This document shows positions 38,840 through 49,063 of a DNA stretch of 64,000 bases, piece by piece. The position numbers and the translations under genes are program-made. This DNA is from an uncultured delta proteobacterium (GTDB lineage Bacteria > Desulfobacterota > Desulfobaccia > Desulfobaccales > 0-14-0-80-60-11). The stretch covers positions 1,856,001 through 1,920,000 of the forward strand of contig CAWETI010000003.1 of the NCBI GenBank assembly GCA_963812015.1, in the 5' to 3' direction. The notes under the pieces are model-generated. The model had not been told where the DNA came from. It did no database searches and saw only the letters and a list, made by a program, of their open reading frames with translations. Every line of letters starts with the position of its first letter. Position 1 is the first letter of the stretch.

Positions 38840-39266
38840 TCCCCCTGGGAAGCCTGGTTTTGGCAGAGCTTGCCCCCCCTTGCCACAACGCCGCAAGCAG
38901 TAAAGGTGTCCGGAGCGTCCCGGCGCGATACTTCAGGCGATAGGGAAAGGACCCATCGGCTCCGGCTACCTGGCGCCGCCGGTTTTGAGCGCTATCTATC
39001 TTTAGATATCCCTGATTGCCGTCACAGCCGGGGGCCTGCTCCCGGTCGCCAAAGTTTGGGGCATCATCCTTTCGCTGCCAAAACTTGAGAAAAATAGGTT
39101 GCCAGAACCGAACAAATGCCGCATCTTTAGTGAACCCTGGGCGTCATAGCACCGATAGGCTTGGCTGGGGCCGCCCTCCGGCCGCAAACCGCCATACCGG
39201 CGCCCGGCGCGACCAACCCTGCTGCTCTCGGTGTAGGCACTGCCAGAGTCCGCAAGGCTGTTAACC

Positions 39267-40022
39267 ATGACCAAACTGACCCTAACCCTGCTGTTGATTC
39301 TCGGTCTTGCCGGCCTCACCCTGGCGTATGGCCCGGCGCTCAGAGCCGTTCCCGCCCTGGCTGAGGATCAAGCCCCGGGGACAGTCCCTGAACCTCACGA
39401 ACACCGCATCAAACAGGATCTGGAGCAGGCGATTGCCAGGGTGCAGCCGGCGCTCGATCGCTACGGCTATGCGGCGGTTTTCTTGACGGTCATGGTGGAG
39501 GGCGTGGGAATTTTAGCCCCTGGCCAAACCTTCCTCATTGCCGCCGCCGTCACCGCGGCCCACGGCCATCTCAGCATCATTTGGGTGTTGCTCTGCGCCT
39601 GCCTGGCCGCGACGATGGGGAACAGCCTGGGATACCTCTTGGGCCGCTGGGGCGGTCGTCTCTTGCTGGCCAAATTTAAAGTGAGGGGGGATCGTCTGGC
39701 GCGCCTGGAAGGCTATTTCACTCGGTATGGCCGCGGCCTGATTCTTGTGGCTCGCTTTTTCGACGGCCTGCGCCAGCTCAATGGCATTGTGGCAGGCATG
39801 TTGAAAATGCCCTGGGGCGTATTCACGGCCTTTAACGTCCTGGGGGCCATCTTATGGAGCGGGGCCTGGGGATTAGGGGCCTATTGGCTCGACAAGGAAA
39901 TCTCCATCTACCACGGTGCCTTCCGAAAGCTGGAACCGTGGGTGGTGGCTCTCAGTCTTATCGGGTTCCTGGCTTTGCTGATTTATCTGTTTCGCCATCG
40001 CCAGACGCAAAATTCCACCTGA
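39267..40022 (+). CDS. DedA family membrane protein
   Basis: EGVG..APGQT, GNSLGY.LGRWGG, ARFFDGLR, FTAFNVLGA. Confidence 0.9.
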   Translation: MTKLTLTLLLILGLAGLTLAYGPALRAVPALAEDQAPGTVPEPHEHRIKQDLEQAIARVQPALDRYGYAAVFLTVMVEGVGILAPGQTFLIAAAVTAAHGHLSIIWVLLCACLAATMGNSLGYLLGRWGGRLLLAKFKVRGDRLARLEGYFTRYGRGLILVARFFDGLRQLNGIVAGMLKMPWGVFTAFNVLGAILWSGAWGLGAYWLDKEISIYHGAFRKLEPWVVALSLIGFLALLIYLFRHRQTQNST

Positions 40023-40180
40023 GTCTATACTTTGATGGCCCCGCGGCCCCCCGCGCCAAGATCTATGGGCATCGCGGCAAGGCTTTTGCCGGCCGCCACC
40101 TCCGGTCGCCCCGGCCAACAAAAAGGCAGGGCCCTGACGGGATACCCTGCCGGATGAAGGATGGTCGGACCGAGGCTCGG

Positions 40181-41122
40181 CTAAGCCACTATCATCTCCA
40201 GTTGATAATGGCCCCCCGAATTTTTGGGGAGGTTAGCTTCCAGGCTTCCTAAAAGAGCTTTCAGGTGTTCGATGTTCCGTTCAATGGCATCCCGATACAA
40301 ATCTTGGTCTATTCCCCAGCGAACCCTGAAATGATCGTGCAGATAGCCATCCACGTGGCCTAAGTCTGATCCAAAACGCTTTTTGACCATTTCCCAAAAA
40401 GCCGGAGTTTTTTCCAATAAATCAAATTCATCCTTATAGCCCGGGACCCCGCCCTCCTTAAATTCATGGTAGAGGAAAGGCAGTTTTCTCAGATAATTCT
40501 CATTGGCCATTTGTCCGATAAGATCGGCGGTTCCTAATATTTTACCTAATATTTCATGCTCCAGGGATTGAAATCTGATTTCGGCAATTTTAACATCAAG
40601 GCCGGTACATCTTAAAAAGTTACTGCATGTCATTACATACTCCGACGAAAACCCCTTATCCTTAAAATAATTTTTCATAAACTCAATACTGCGCTCTATA
40701 TGACAAAGAGTATATTTGCCCCCCGTGCCCGTGTCATCTTCCACGGCTTGAATATAGCCCGTGTCATGCATGAACGCCGCGATTAAGCCAAGGTTAACGT
40801 TCCTTTTTTCAAAGCTGATCCCGTTCAGAAAGGCCCCATGGATAAGTTGGGCCGTGGCCAACAAGCAGTCCATCGTATGGTCTAAGTCATGGTACAAGGT
40901 GTTGCATCGGCGATATCCCGGGTAGCGCCCACTAAATATTGTTATAATATCCTGAAATACCAGATCAATCTGATCAAAGTCAAATTGTCCAAACATTAAT
41001 AAGATAATCTTTTTGACTTCCGTCATGACCTCCTGGGGGTTTCCCAAGGATATCCCCACGGCGCCCTTAACGGTAGCGGATAACCTGTTCGACGGACTGA
41101 TCAATGGAATTTTCCTATTCAT
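40181..41122 (-). CDS. HD-superfamily metal-dependent phosphohydrolase (PDE-like)
   Basis: YHDLDHT, AAFMHDTGY, HIERS, TADLIGQ; SD GGGAGAGG. Confidence 0.85.
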   Translation of the reverse strand: MNRKIPLISPSNRLSATVKGAVGISLGNPQEVMTEVKKIILLMFGQFDFDQIDLVFQDIITIFSGRYPGYRRCNTLYHDLDHTMDCLLATAQLIHGAFLNGISFEKRNVNLGLIAAFMHDTGYIQAVEDDTGTGGKYTLCHIERSIEFMKNYFKDKGFSSEYVMTCSNFLRCTGLDVKIAEIRFQSLEHEILGKILGTADLIGQMANENYLRKLPFLYHEFKEGGVPGYKDEFDLLEKTPAFWEMVKKRFGSDLGHVDGYLHDHFRVRWGIDQDLYRDAIERNIEHLKALLGSLEANLPKNSGGHYQLEMIVA

Positions 41123-41209
41123 CCCTCTCCCATCCCCAGGCAATTGCATGCCCCCCCAATCTGTGCAACTACGGAATGCTTGCCCCCAATGGCCGTTTTT
41201 AATAATTAT

Positions 41210-41225
41210 TACAATAAATATGCCA
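41210..41225 (-). promoter_or_regulatory. Putative sigma-54 (-24/-12) promoter of the HD gene
   Basis: Minus strand TGGCATATTTATTGTA (GG-N10-GT, one mismatch to TTGC), preceded by a very AT-rich tract. Confidence 0.55.
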
Positions 41226-41327
41226 ATCATTCAATTTATTAATTTATATCTTAATTAATTAGATTATTCAGCACGTTAGTTATTAGGCAGCCTGGGGCCC
41301 CGGCCGCTCTGCTCCACCGGGGGGAAC

Positions 41328-41372
41328 TGTAAATTTTACATCGCTGCATCTTTACAGTTGTGTAATTTTACA
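41328..41372. promoter_or_regulatory. Putative enhancer (UAS) for a sigma-54 activator
   Basis: TGTAAATTTTACA, TGCATCTTTACA, TGTAATTTTACA: TTTACA repeated three times at a 16-bp period. Confidence 0.6.
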
Positions 41373-43296
41373 CCTGATCAGGAGGGCGCAAATCGTGGTG
41401 ATTGATGAGTTGATAGAGGGTGGGGCGGGAGATTCCCAGCAGCCGCGCGGCCTTAGCCTTATTCCAGCCGGTTTGCATCAGGGCCTGGAGAATGTCCGGC
41501 CTTTCCAGCGAAGATATTTTGGGGCGAGCCGCGCCGGCGGGAACTTCCTGGGGCGAGTAATCCTGAATCTCGGCCGGCAGATGTTCCAAAGTAATGGTCG
41601 GGCCGTTGCATAGGACAAAGGCATGTTCGATGGCATGCTGCAGTTCTCTGACATTTCCCGGCCAGGGGTAAATCATGAAGATTTGCAAAACTTCCTGGGA
41701 TACCCCCTCAATGCCTTTGTGATAACTCTGATTAAATAACGTTATGAAATTATTTAGCAACAAAGGTATGTCTTCCCGCCTTTCCCGCAAGGCCGGCAAC
41801 GCGACTTCCAATACCTTCAGGCGATAATAGAGGTCCTCCCGAAATTCTCCCAAACTGACCTTTTGCTTCAAATTCACATTGGTGGCGGCAATAATCCTTA
41901 CGTCTACCCGGCAAGTTACGGAATCACCCACGCGCTCAAACGTCTTTTCCTGTAACGCCCTTAACAGCTTCAACTGTAACTTGGGTGGAATATCCCCCAC
42001 TTCATCCAGAAATAGGGTGCCTCCATGCGCGGCTTGCAAGCGGCCCACCCGGTCCTTCTGGGCCCCGGTGAAAGCCCCTTTTACATGCCCGAACAATTCG
42101 CTCTCCAGCAGATTCTCTGCCAAGGCTGAACAATTCACGGTTATCAGGGGTTTATCGGCCCGGCCCCCGCCATAATGGAGCGCCTTGGCAACCAACTCCT
42201 TGCCGGTGCCGGTTTCACCCGTGATCAACACGGTGGTGTCCGTATACATCAATTGATCCAGCAGGCTGAATATTTGCTGCATCTTATGGCTTTTGCCCAC
42301 AATATTATGCAGGTTATACCGCCCGCGCAATTCCCCTTCCATTTCGGCCACCCGGGTCAAATCCCTGATGACCAGAACCGTGCCCATGGTTTTATCCGCA
42401 CTATCCCTCAAGGCAGAACTACTCACCGCCACGATTTGGCGCGACCGATTTTGCTGCTTACATTCCAGTCGGTAATCTTTGATGGTTTTTTCTGTCCTCA
42501 GCATCTCCCGTAAAGCTGCAAAACATGATTGCCCGCAATATCTAGTGACTTCCTGAAACTTCTTACCGATCATCGCTTTGGGATCCAGGCCGCAAATTTC
42601 CCGGTTGGCATCATTGGCGGCGGTAATCCGCATATCCTTGTCAACCGTGATGATGGCGTCATTGACGCTCCGGAATATAGCTTCCAGATTGCGGCGATTT
42701 TGTTCTTTCTCCGCTTCGAACAGGTTTTGCGTCGTCTGAATCAGCCGCGCTTTATTGATGGCCACTGCCGCCAGGGACGCCAGGGACAGGACCAGATTTT
42801 CATAAGCCCCGTGGAAGGGCACCAGTTTCCCCTTATCGTCCATGGCGTTAATCAGCTCTAAAACACCGGTTACGGTGCCGGTATGATCTTTGAGGGGGAC
42901 CGCCAGAATGGATTGCGTGTGGTAATGATTGCGCCGATCAAAGGCCGGGTTGAAGCGATACGGCAAATCGGCCGACAATTCATAGACATCCGAGATATTC
43001 AGGATGTTACCCGTGAGGGCTACATAACCGGCAATACTGCGCTCGCTAATCGGAATCTCAAATTGCTTGAAAAAGTGGAAGTCTTCACCCTGCAAAAGCA
43101 TCAAGGTATTATTTTGCGCTACTTCGAAGCGGAGATTGCCATTCTTCACCAAGAAAATGCTGCCGCCATCCGCGTGAGTCAGGAGGCGGAGTTCATAGAT
43201 AATTTTTTGCAATAACCTGGATAGATCTGTTTCGCTGGAGAGAGCTATACTGATTTCTATGAGTTTTTGTTTGGCAACGTCGAATGAGGCAGCCAT
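41368..43296 (-). CDS. sigma-54 enhancer-binding protein, GAF-PAS-AAA+-HTH
   Basis: GETGTGKE, ESELFGHVKGAFTGA, LFLDEVG, WPGNVREL, Fis-type HTH; N-terminal GAF and PAS. Confidence 0.95.
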   Translation of the reverse strand: MAASFDVAKQKLIEISIALSSETDLSRLLQKIIYELRLLTHADGGSIFLVKNGNLRFEVAQNNTLMLLQGEDFHFFKQFEIPISERSIAGYVALTGNILNISDVYELSADLPYRFNPAFDRRNHYHTQSILAVPLKDHTGTVTGVLELINAMDDKGKLVPFHGAYENLVLSLASLAAVAINKARLIQTTQNLFEAEKEQNRRNLEAIFRSVNDAIITVDKDMRITAANDANREICGLDPKAMIGKKFQEVTRYCGQSCFAALREMLRTEKTIKDYRLECKQQNRSRQIVAVSSSALRDSADKTMGTVLVIRDLTRVAEMEGELRGRYNLHNIVGKSHKMQQIFSLLDQLMYTDTTVLITGETGTGKELVAKALHYGGGRADKPLITVNCSALAENLLESELFGHVKGAFTGAQKDRVGRLQAAHGGTLFLDEVGDIPPKLQLKLLRALQEKTFERVGDSVTCRVDVRIIAATNVNLKQKVSLGEFREDLYYRLKVLEVALPALRERREDIPLLLNNFITLFNQSYHKGIEGVSQEVLQIFMIYPWPGNVRELQHAIEHAFVLCNGPTITLEHLPAEIQDYSPQEVPAGAARPKISSLERPDILQALMQTGWNKAKAARLLGISRPTLYQLINHHDLRPPDQV

Positions 43297-43638
43297 GGTA
43301 TGACCTCGTTTCGTCTAAATATACCTTTGCATCCGTCGGTCTCAGCCGATCAGGACTGGTTTGGCAGTGCCACTGGGTTCAGCCGATGCATCTCTCCCCT
43401 CATCCCCCTCAAGCCCGCCTGGCTTTTTATCCCGGCAACTATGTTTGCGTTTATTGCCGACATTGTCAAGGGGGAAACCCCGGACTGGGCTTAGTGTTGG
43501 GTTTCATAAATCGTATGATGGCAAGCCACCTGAAAACCTTGGATAGAAGGCGAGTGTGCCCTGGGAGCAGGAGGTGTGATCAGGTCCTGGCAATGAATCG
43601 AGGACGGAGCCCGGGGGCGTCCCGGACGTCGGCGCATT

Positions 43639-44478
43639 TCAGGCCGGCTGGGCCTGGGTCGAACGGGGCGACTGGGCCGCCGCCACCGCCCCGGGCACCA
43701 GGAAAGTGGTCAGGGCTTGTTCCACCTTTTCCAGGTCCACCTGGGTATCGTAGCAGGGACCGTGGGGGCGCTGATTGATCACCCCGAAGACCGGCAGCGG
43801 ATAGCTGTCCTGGATGCCGCTGCTGAGATCCCGCTCACAGGCCACCGCGATGATCAGGCGGGGCCGCCGTTCCACCACGATACGCCGGGCCAGGGTGCCC
43901 CCGGTGGCCACCGCCAGCCCCACCCCGTATTTCTCCGACAGATCCACCAGTCCGGTGATGGGACATTTGCCGCACCGCTTGCAGTGCACCGTACTGCCCG
44001 TGATCCGGAACTGGCATTCGTGGAATTGCAGACAATGGGGCATGAGCAGCAGCAGCTTATCCGGTGTGGTGCGGGGGTGTTGCGCCAGGACCAGCTGATT
44101 GTTGATCTCGATGAACGAGCGGCGGACCTGGTCCTTGGAGACGCCGCATAATTTCCCCACGACGCTCATCAACGGCAGGAGCAGCTTGATCACCAATCCC
44201 CGAAGTTTGCGGGAAAAAAACAGGTCCCGCCCCAAGACCACGGTGAGGGCCAGCATGACCAGGACGCCCACCACCAGCAGGAGCAGGAGGCTGAAGATGA
44301 CTCCCAGGATCAGGGGCAAGCGGGGACTGATGTTGGTGAGCCCCACGTAGGGCACATACCAGAAGACGCCCAGGATGAGGGTGAACAGGATGCAGGTGAC
44401 GGCCAGCAAGCCCAGGAAGATGCGCTTCTGGGGCCGCAGCGAATTGCCGCCGTTCAAGATGGGACCTGACTCATCCAT
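43639..44478 (-). CDS. DUF116 domain membrane protein
   Basis: Two TMs, PHCLQ, CKRCGKC, ATGGT.AR, AVACERDL, GPC. Confidence 0.88.
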   Translation of the reverse strand: MDESGPILNGGNSLRPQKRIFLGLLAVTCILFTLILGVFWYVPYVGLTNISPRLPLILGVIFSLLLLLVVGVLVMLALTVVLGRDLFFSRKLRGLVIKLLLPLMSVVGKLCGVSKDQVRRSFIEINNQLVLAQHPRTTPDKLLLLMPHCLQFHECQFRITGSTVHCKRCGKCPITGLVDLSEKYGVGLAVATGGTLARRIVVERRPRLIIAVACERDLSSGIQDSYPLPVFGVINQRPHGPCYDTQVDLEKVEQALTTFLVPGAVAAAQSPRSTQAQPA

Positions 44479-44486
44479 GCGCAGTT

Positions 44487-45431
44487 CTACTCCAGCCCCT
44501 GGCCGATTAAAGGTTGGCCTCGCAGAAATTCGGCAGCCTCCAGGCGCTTGTGCCCGGCCAGCTGCAATGCTTGTACCGTGATACTGCCTTGACCGCAGGC
44601 GATTTCCAGACCTAACGGAGTCAGCTTTAAAACCGTCCCGGGGGCCGCCAGGCTTCCTTCACTCTTTTTGACCCGGGCCCCGAATAACTTGAGAACCCGG
44701 CCCGTTAACAAGGCGTAGGCTCCCGGCCTGGGGTCCAGGCCCCGGATCCAGCCGGCTACTTCCCGGGAGGGCAGGTCCCAGTGGATACGGCGCATCTCCC
44801 GGGCCAGAGGCGGGGCCATGGTCACCTCCGCCAGGTCTTGCGGAAGCTGGATAGATTCCCCCCGCCGTAGCATTTCCAGGGATTGGACCAGCAGGGCCGC
44901 CCCCCGCTCCGCCAGCCGGGCGTACAAGGTCCCGGCATTGTCTTCCGGGGTGATGGGCACCCGCTCCTGGAGGAAAACCGGTCCCGAATCCACTTCGTAC
45001 CGAAGCCACTGGATGGTCACCCCGGTCTCCTGTTCCCCCCTGATCAGGGCCCAATTAATGGGGGCCGACCCCCGGTAGCGGGGCAGGAGGGAGGCATGGA
45101 CGTTGAGGGAACCCACTGAGGGCAAGGCCAGAATCTCGGGGGGCAGGATCCGGCCGTAGGCCACGACAATCATGAGCTCCGCTTCCAGCCCCTGAAGGTG
45201 CCGGATGAACTCCGGGTCTTTGAGACGCTGGGGCTGCAGCACCGGCAGATTCCAGGCCAGGGCCAGTTCCTTGACCGGCGAGGGGGTGACGACCTGGCCC
45301 CGGCCCCGGGGCCGGTCCGGTTGCGTCACCACGGCCGCCACCTCTTCCCCGGCGGCCAGGATGGCCTCGAGAGACGGAAGCGCGAACTGGGGAGTGCCCA
45401 TGAAAATCAGGCGCCAGGGTCGGGATTTCAC
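44487..45431 (-). CDS. fmt: Methionyl-tRNA formyltransferase
   Basis: FMGTPQFA, TQPDRP.GRG, VVAYG, NVHASLLPRYRG.API. Confidence 0.97.
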   Translation of the reverse strand: MKSRPWRLIFMGTPQFALPSLEAILAAGEEVAAVVTQPDRPRGRGQVVTPSPVKELALAWNLPVLQPQRLKDPEFIRHLQGLEAELMIVVAYGRILPPEILALPSVGSLNVHASLLPRYRGSAPINWALIRGEQETGVTIQWLRYEVDSGPVFLQERVPITPEDNAGTLYARLAERGAALLVQSLEMLRRGESIQLPQDLAEVTMAPPLAREMRRIHWDLPSREVAGWIRGLDPRPGAYALLTGRVLKLFGARVKKSEGSLAAPGTVLKLTPLGLEIACGQGSITVQALQLAGHKRLEAAEFLRGQPLIGQGLE

Positions 45432-45937
45432 CTAACCGCCACCTGTTTCTTCAAACGCCTTAAATAGAGCCCCCGCTTGAGGCGGCTGATATGATCGATG
45501 AACAGAATCCCGTTCAGATGATCGATTTCATGCTGGAGCACGATGGCCACCAACCCTTCCCCACTGATTTCAATGGGTTTGCCTTCACGGTCCAGACCTT
45601 TGACCAGCACCTTGGCATGACGCCTCACCTCGGCGGCAAAGTCGGCCACCGACAGACAGCCTTCCTCATGGATGATCTCCCCTTCCCCTGCCACGATGCA
45701 GGGATTGATCACCACCTGAAGTTTTCGGGACCGGCCCTCTTTGTGGGTTACGTCGAAGACGATGAGACGCTGGAGTTCCCCCACCTGGTTGGCGGCCAGC
45801 CCCAAGCCCGGCGCGGCATACATGGTCTCCGCCATGTCGTCCACGAGACGCTGCACTCTCCCGTCGATCTCGGTGATTTCCTTGGCTTCTTGCCGCAACA
45901 CCGGATGGGGTAATTGACAAATCGGTAATACTGCCAT
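45428..45937 (-). CDS. def: Peptide deformylase
   Basis: GLGLAANQ, EGCLS, QHEIDHLNG; GTGA overlap with fmt. Confidence 0.97.
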   Translation of the reverse strand: MAVLPICQLPHPVLRQEAKEITEIDGRVQRLVDDMAETMYAAPGLGLAANQVGELQRLIVFDVTHKEGRSRKLQVVINPCIVAGEGEIIHEEGCLSVADFAAEVRRHAKVLVKGLDREGKPIEISGEGLVAIVLQHEIDHLNGILFIDHISRLKRGLYLRRLKKQVAVR

Positions 45938-46089
45938 GGGCGTGATAATTCTAGTCCCAGAGTAAAGTGTTTTGTTTAATTTAAGGCAAAATCGGAAATT
46001 TTTCAAGAACTCACCGGTCGTCAAGGCCAAAATTGTGGTCGGAGATCATAGAGAAGCGGGGGGAGCCGGGCTCAAGGCGCCGGGAGGAT

Positions 46090-46124
46090 AAAAAAGGTGA
46101 GGAGCCGTTTGCCGGCCCCTCACC
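46090..46124 (-). terminator. Intrinsic terminator after the Spy/ZraP-like gene
   Basis: Minus strand GGTGAGGGGCCG-GCAAA-CGGCTCCTCACC-T6. Confidence 0.75.
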
Positions 46125-46159
46125 ATCCGGAGGTGGGTTAAGTGAGGAAGGGAGATTTT

Positions 46160-46624
46160 TTACTTGGCCGGCCCGTCGGGGCCAGGGCCACCACCGGCGC
46201 CAACCTTGGGGCAACCACCGACGCCCATGCCGCCGCCGTGGCCGCCTTTGCCATGGCCGAAACACTTGGCCAGCTGCGGGGCGATTTTACGGGCTTCCAG
46301 GTGGAAGGCCGTGCTCTTCTCGATCATTTGGCCCCGCAGGGCGTTGAGTTCCTTCGCCTTGGCGGTAATCGCCTTTTCATCAGGCTTTTCGGCCTTCCAC
46401 AGCGCCGCTAGCTCAGCGTGCTTGACCATCATCTGTTTGCGCACCTCGGCGGTGTCGTTCCTGAACTTCTCCTTGAGGTCAAAGAGCTTCCCCGCCTGAT
46501 CCGGCGTGAGGTTCATGGCTCCCATCATGCCGCCGCCCATGGGACGGGCCCATGAGGCCGCGGCCAACCCCAGGCTCAACGCCAGGGCCAACACCACTAC
46601 CAGGGACATCTTACTCGTTTTCAT
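46160..46624 (-). CDS. Periplasmic Spy/CpxP/ZraP-like protein
   Basis: Signal peptide (SWA), NLTPDQ (LTxxQ) motif, helical core, Gly/His/Met-rich ends; SD GAGGAG. Confidence 0.8.
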   Translation of the reverse strand: MKTSKMSLVVVLALALSLGLAAASWARPMGGGMMGAMNLTPDQAGKLFDLKEKFRNDTAEVRKQMMVKHAELAALWKAEKPDEKAITAKAKELNALRGQMIEKSTAFHLEARKIAPQLAKCFGHGKGGHGGGMGVGGCPKVGAGGGPGPDGPAK

Positions 46625-46850
46625 GTGGACTTATCTCCTCTATCTCGGTTGCGATTGGTTAGTCCGGTTATTCGGCCTTTAGTAAGTTAAACCCCCAGGG
46701 GAGCCAAACCCGGCGCGGTGGCCTGATTTTTTTTCGAGAGGCAGGAACGGACTGAGGAGAAGTGGCCAATGGCGAGAACCGGCGGCGAGAACCCATCAGG
46801 CCACCTTAGTTTGGGGAAATTCTCGAGTGACCTGCCAGCGCTGCCGCCCC

Positions 46851-49016
46851 CTAAGGCGCTTTGCCAATTTGCCGGATGATCTGGTAAACATCTTTGGACA
46901 CCGAGGTGAAGCGGATGTCCGCCTCCTTCAGGATATCGCCCCGGGCCCGCACCGCGGTAACCTTACCGTAGATTTTGCCCCTCACCTCGCTGGCCTCATT
47001 CAGGAGATGGAGGCGCACGTCGTCCCATGCCTGGACCTCCCCTTCCAGGCTAATTTGCGCCGAGGTGTCGCACAGGTGGGTCATCCAGGCATGACCGGCC
47101 GCGTCCTGCACGATCTTTTCTTTGATAATGAAGACCTGGATTTTGATGGGGGTAGTCAGGGCCATGAGGGTATCGCACCTTTCTATGAGGTGGATTTCGT
47201 AAGGCCCGTGGATACCCCGGACATCATAGAGGGTGGCCGGTAGGGGCACCCCTTTCATCTGCACCTGCATGGTGCGCTGCACCTCCACCAGGTCCCGCAC
47301 CCGTTCATAGGTCGCGGCGCTGATGAGCACCTGGCCGCCCACGGAATATGACTCCATCCGGCCGGTAAAATTGACCGGGGAGCCCACCACGCTGTACTTG
47401 GTCCGCTGTTCCGAGCCGATATTGCCCACCACCACTATCCCGGTGTTGACCGCGATGCCCATCTGGAGATAGGGCATCCCTTCGGCCTCGTTGAGCCGGT
47501 TGATCTCATCCATGGAGGCCTGCATGGCCAGGGCGCACGCCACCGCCCGCACCGGGTGATCTTCCAGGGGCTCCGGCGCCCCGAAAAAGGCCAAGAGACC
47601 GTCGCCGATGATCTCATCGATAGTCGCCCGGTGCTCCAGGAGCACTTCGATCATTTTGCCCAGGTAGCGGTTCAAGAAGGTGATCACCTGCTCGGGGTGC
47701 ATGTCCGCGGTCAAGGCGGTAAAACCCCGCAGGTCCGACATGAGAATGGAGAGTTCCCGGGTCTCACCTCCCATTTGCAGGGCGTCCCGGTCTTCCAGGA
47801 GCTTTTTCACCACTTCCTGAGTGACATAACGCCCGAAGGTATCCCGGACGAAGTCCCGTTTTTCGATGTAATCCGTGAGTTGGCGGCCCATCTCGTTGAA
47901 GGACTGGGCCAGGTTGGCGACCTCCCGGACCCCGGTTTCTGGCACCGTGGCGTTAAAGTCCCCCTGGGCGATGGCCGCGGTCTGACGAGCCAGAATTCTC
48001 AAGGGTCGCGCAATCGTTTTGGAAATGGCCACGATCACCACCGCCAGCAACAGCAGTCCTAACATGATGATCCCGAAAATTTTCCGGCTCAGACTGTGGA
48101 CTTCGGCAAATAATTCCTGTTCCGGGATAACCACCGCCAGAGACCAGCCGGTGGACGGCAACGGGGCGTAAAAGAGCCATGATTTTTTGCCGGAATGAAA
48201 GTCAAGCAACGGCACAAACCCGGACCCGCCCCGGATCATGTCCCGTCCCAGGCGCCGCAGGGAGGGGTCACCTCGGGCTTCGGCCAGGCTGAAGACGCTC
48301 TCCCGCATGATCCATTGGGTATTCGGGTGCGTGACGAAGACCCCGTTGCCGGAGATGAGAAAGGCGTAGCCGCTCTGATAAATTTTGACCGCGGAGACCA
48401 GGTCTTGAAGCCACATCAGGGAGAGGTCGGCGGTGACCACGCCCTGGAACCGACGCACCGAACCCTCCCGCCGGTAAAATGGCACGGAATACGTGGACAT
48501 GATGATGTTGCCGCCGCCTTCGTCGAAGTAGGGCTCACTCCACATGGCCTGAGAGAGTTCTTGGGGGAGCTGATACCAATCATAGTAAAAGTAGCGGTAA
48601 GATTCACTCCCCAGATAGGTGATCTTGATCTCTTGGCCTTCCCGAAAGCAATAGGGGCAAAAATAATTGTGGCGGGGATCAAAGGCGTAAGGTTCAAAGG
48701 CCACCGCCACCCCGAAGACCTCCCGGTTATTGGCCACGGTGCGGCGCATCAGGCGCTGCAACTCCGCCTGCCGGTGAGGGTAATCCTCTATCACCGCGGC
48801 CAGGTTGCCGGGGATTTTCATCACCGCTTGGAGCATGGCCTCAATCCGGTACGCGGTCTCCAGGGTGAGGTGCCTGGCGTTTTCGCCCACCTGTTCAATG
48901 ACTGCCTGTTTCGAGGCCACCAGGTTATAGGTGAACGCCGCCAGAAAGATAATGCCCGTGCTGGCGAGGATCAGCAAGATGAGTTGGGCGGCCAGTCCTC
49001 GGGGTTTGGATTGCAT
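46851..49016 (-). CDS. Membrane class III nucleotidyl cyclase: TM-dCache-TM-HAMP-cyclase-PilZ-like
   Basis: DWYQ..WSEPYFDEGGG (dCache), SDLRGFT, IDEIIGD, GNIGS, VN..GRME. Confidence 0.92.
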   Translation of the reverse strand: MQSKPRGLAAQLILLILASTGIIFLAAFTYNLVASKQAVIEQVGENARHLTLETAYRIEAMLQAVMKIPGNLAAVIEDYPHRQAELQRLMRRTVANNREVFGVAVAFEPYAFDPRHNYFCPYCFREGQEIKITYLGSESYRYFYYDWYQLPQELSQAMWSEPYFDEGGGNIIMSTYSVPFYRREGSVRRFQGVVTADLSLMWLQDLVSAVKIYQSGYAFLISGNGVFVTHPNTQWIMRESVFSLAEARGDPSLRRLGRDMIRGGSGFVPLLDFHSGKKSWLFYAPLPSTGWSLAVVIPEQELFAEVHSLSRKIFGIIMLGLLLLAVVIVAISKTIARPLRILARQTAAIAQGDFNATVPETGVREVANLAQSFNEMGRQLTDYIEKRDFVRDTFGRYVTQEVVKKLLEDRDALQMGGETRELSILMSDLRGFTALTADMHPEQVITFLNRYLGKMIEVLLEHRATIDEIIGDGLLAFFGAPEPLEDHPVRAVACALAMQASMDEINRLNEAEGMPYLQMGIAVNTGIVVVGNIGSEQRTKYSVVGSPVNFTGRMESYSVGGQVLISAATYERVRDLVEVQRTMQVQMKGVPLPATLYDVRGIHGPYEIHLIERCDTLMALTTPIKIQVFIIKEKIVQDAAGHAWMTHLCDTSAQISLEGEVQAWDDVRLHLLNEASEVRGKIYGKVTAVRARGDILKEADIRFTSVSKDVYQIIRQIGKAP

Positions 49017-49063
49017 AATTCCCTGATGTCGCTTCCGGTCATTCTTTGCCGGAGCAACCCATC

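Noticed and set aside
38860..39260. Possible riboswitch or ncRNA upstream of dedA (also checked 35900-36110 and 58880-59010)
   Set aside because: No match by eye to fluoride, c-di-GMP, purine, TPP or SAM consensus; an Rfam scan would be needed
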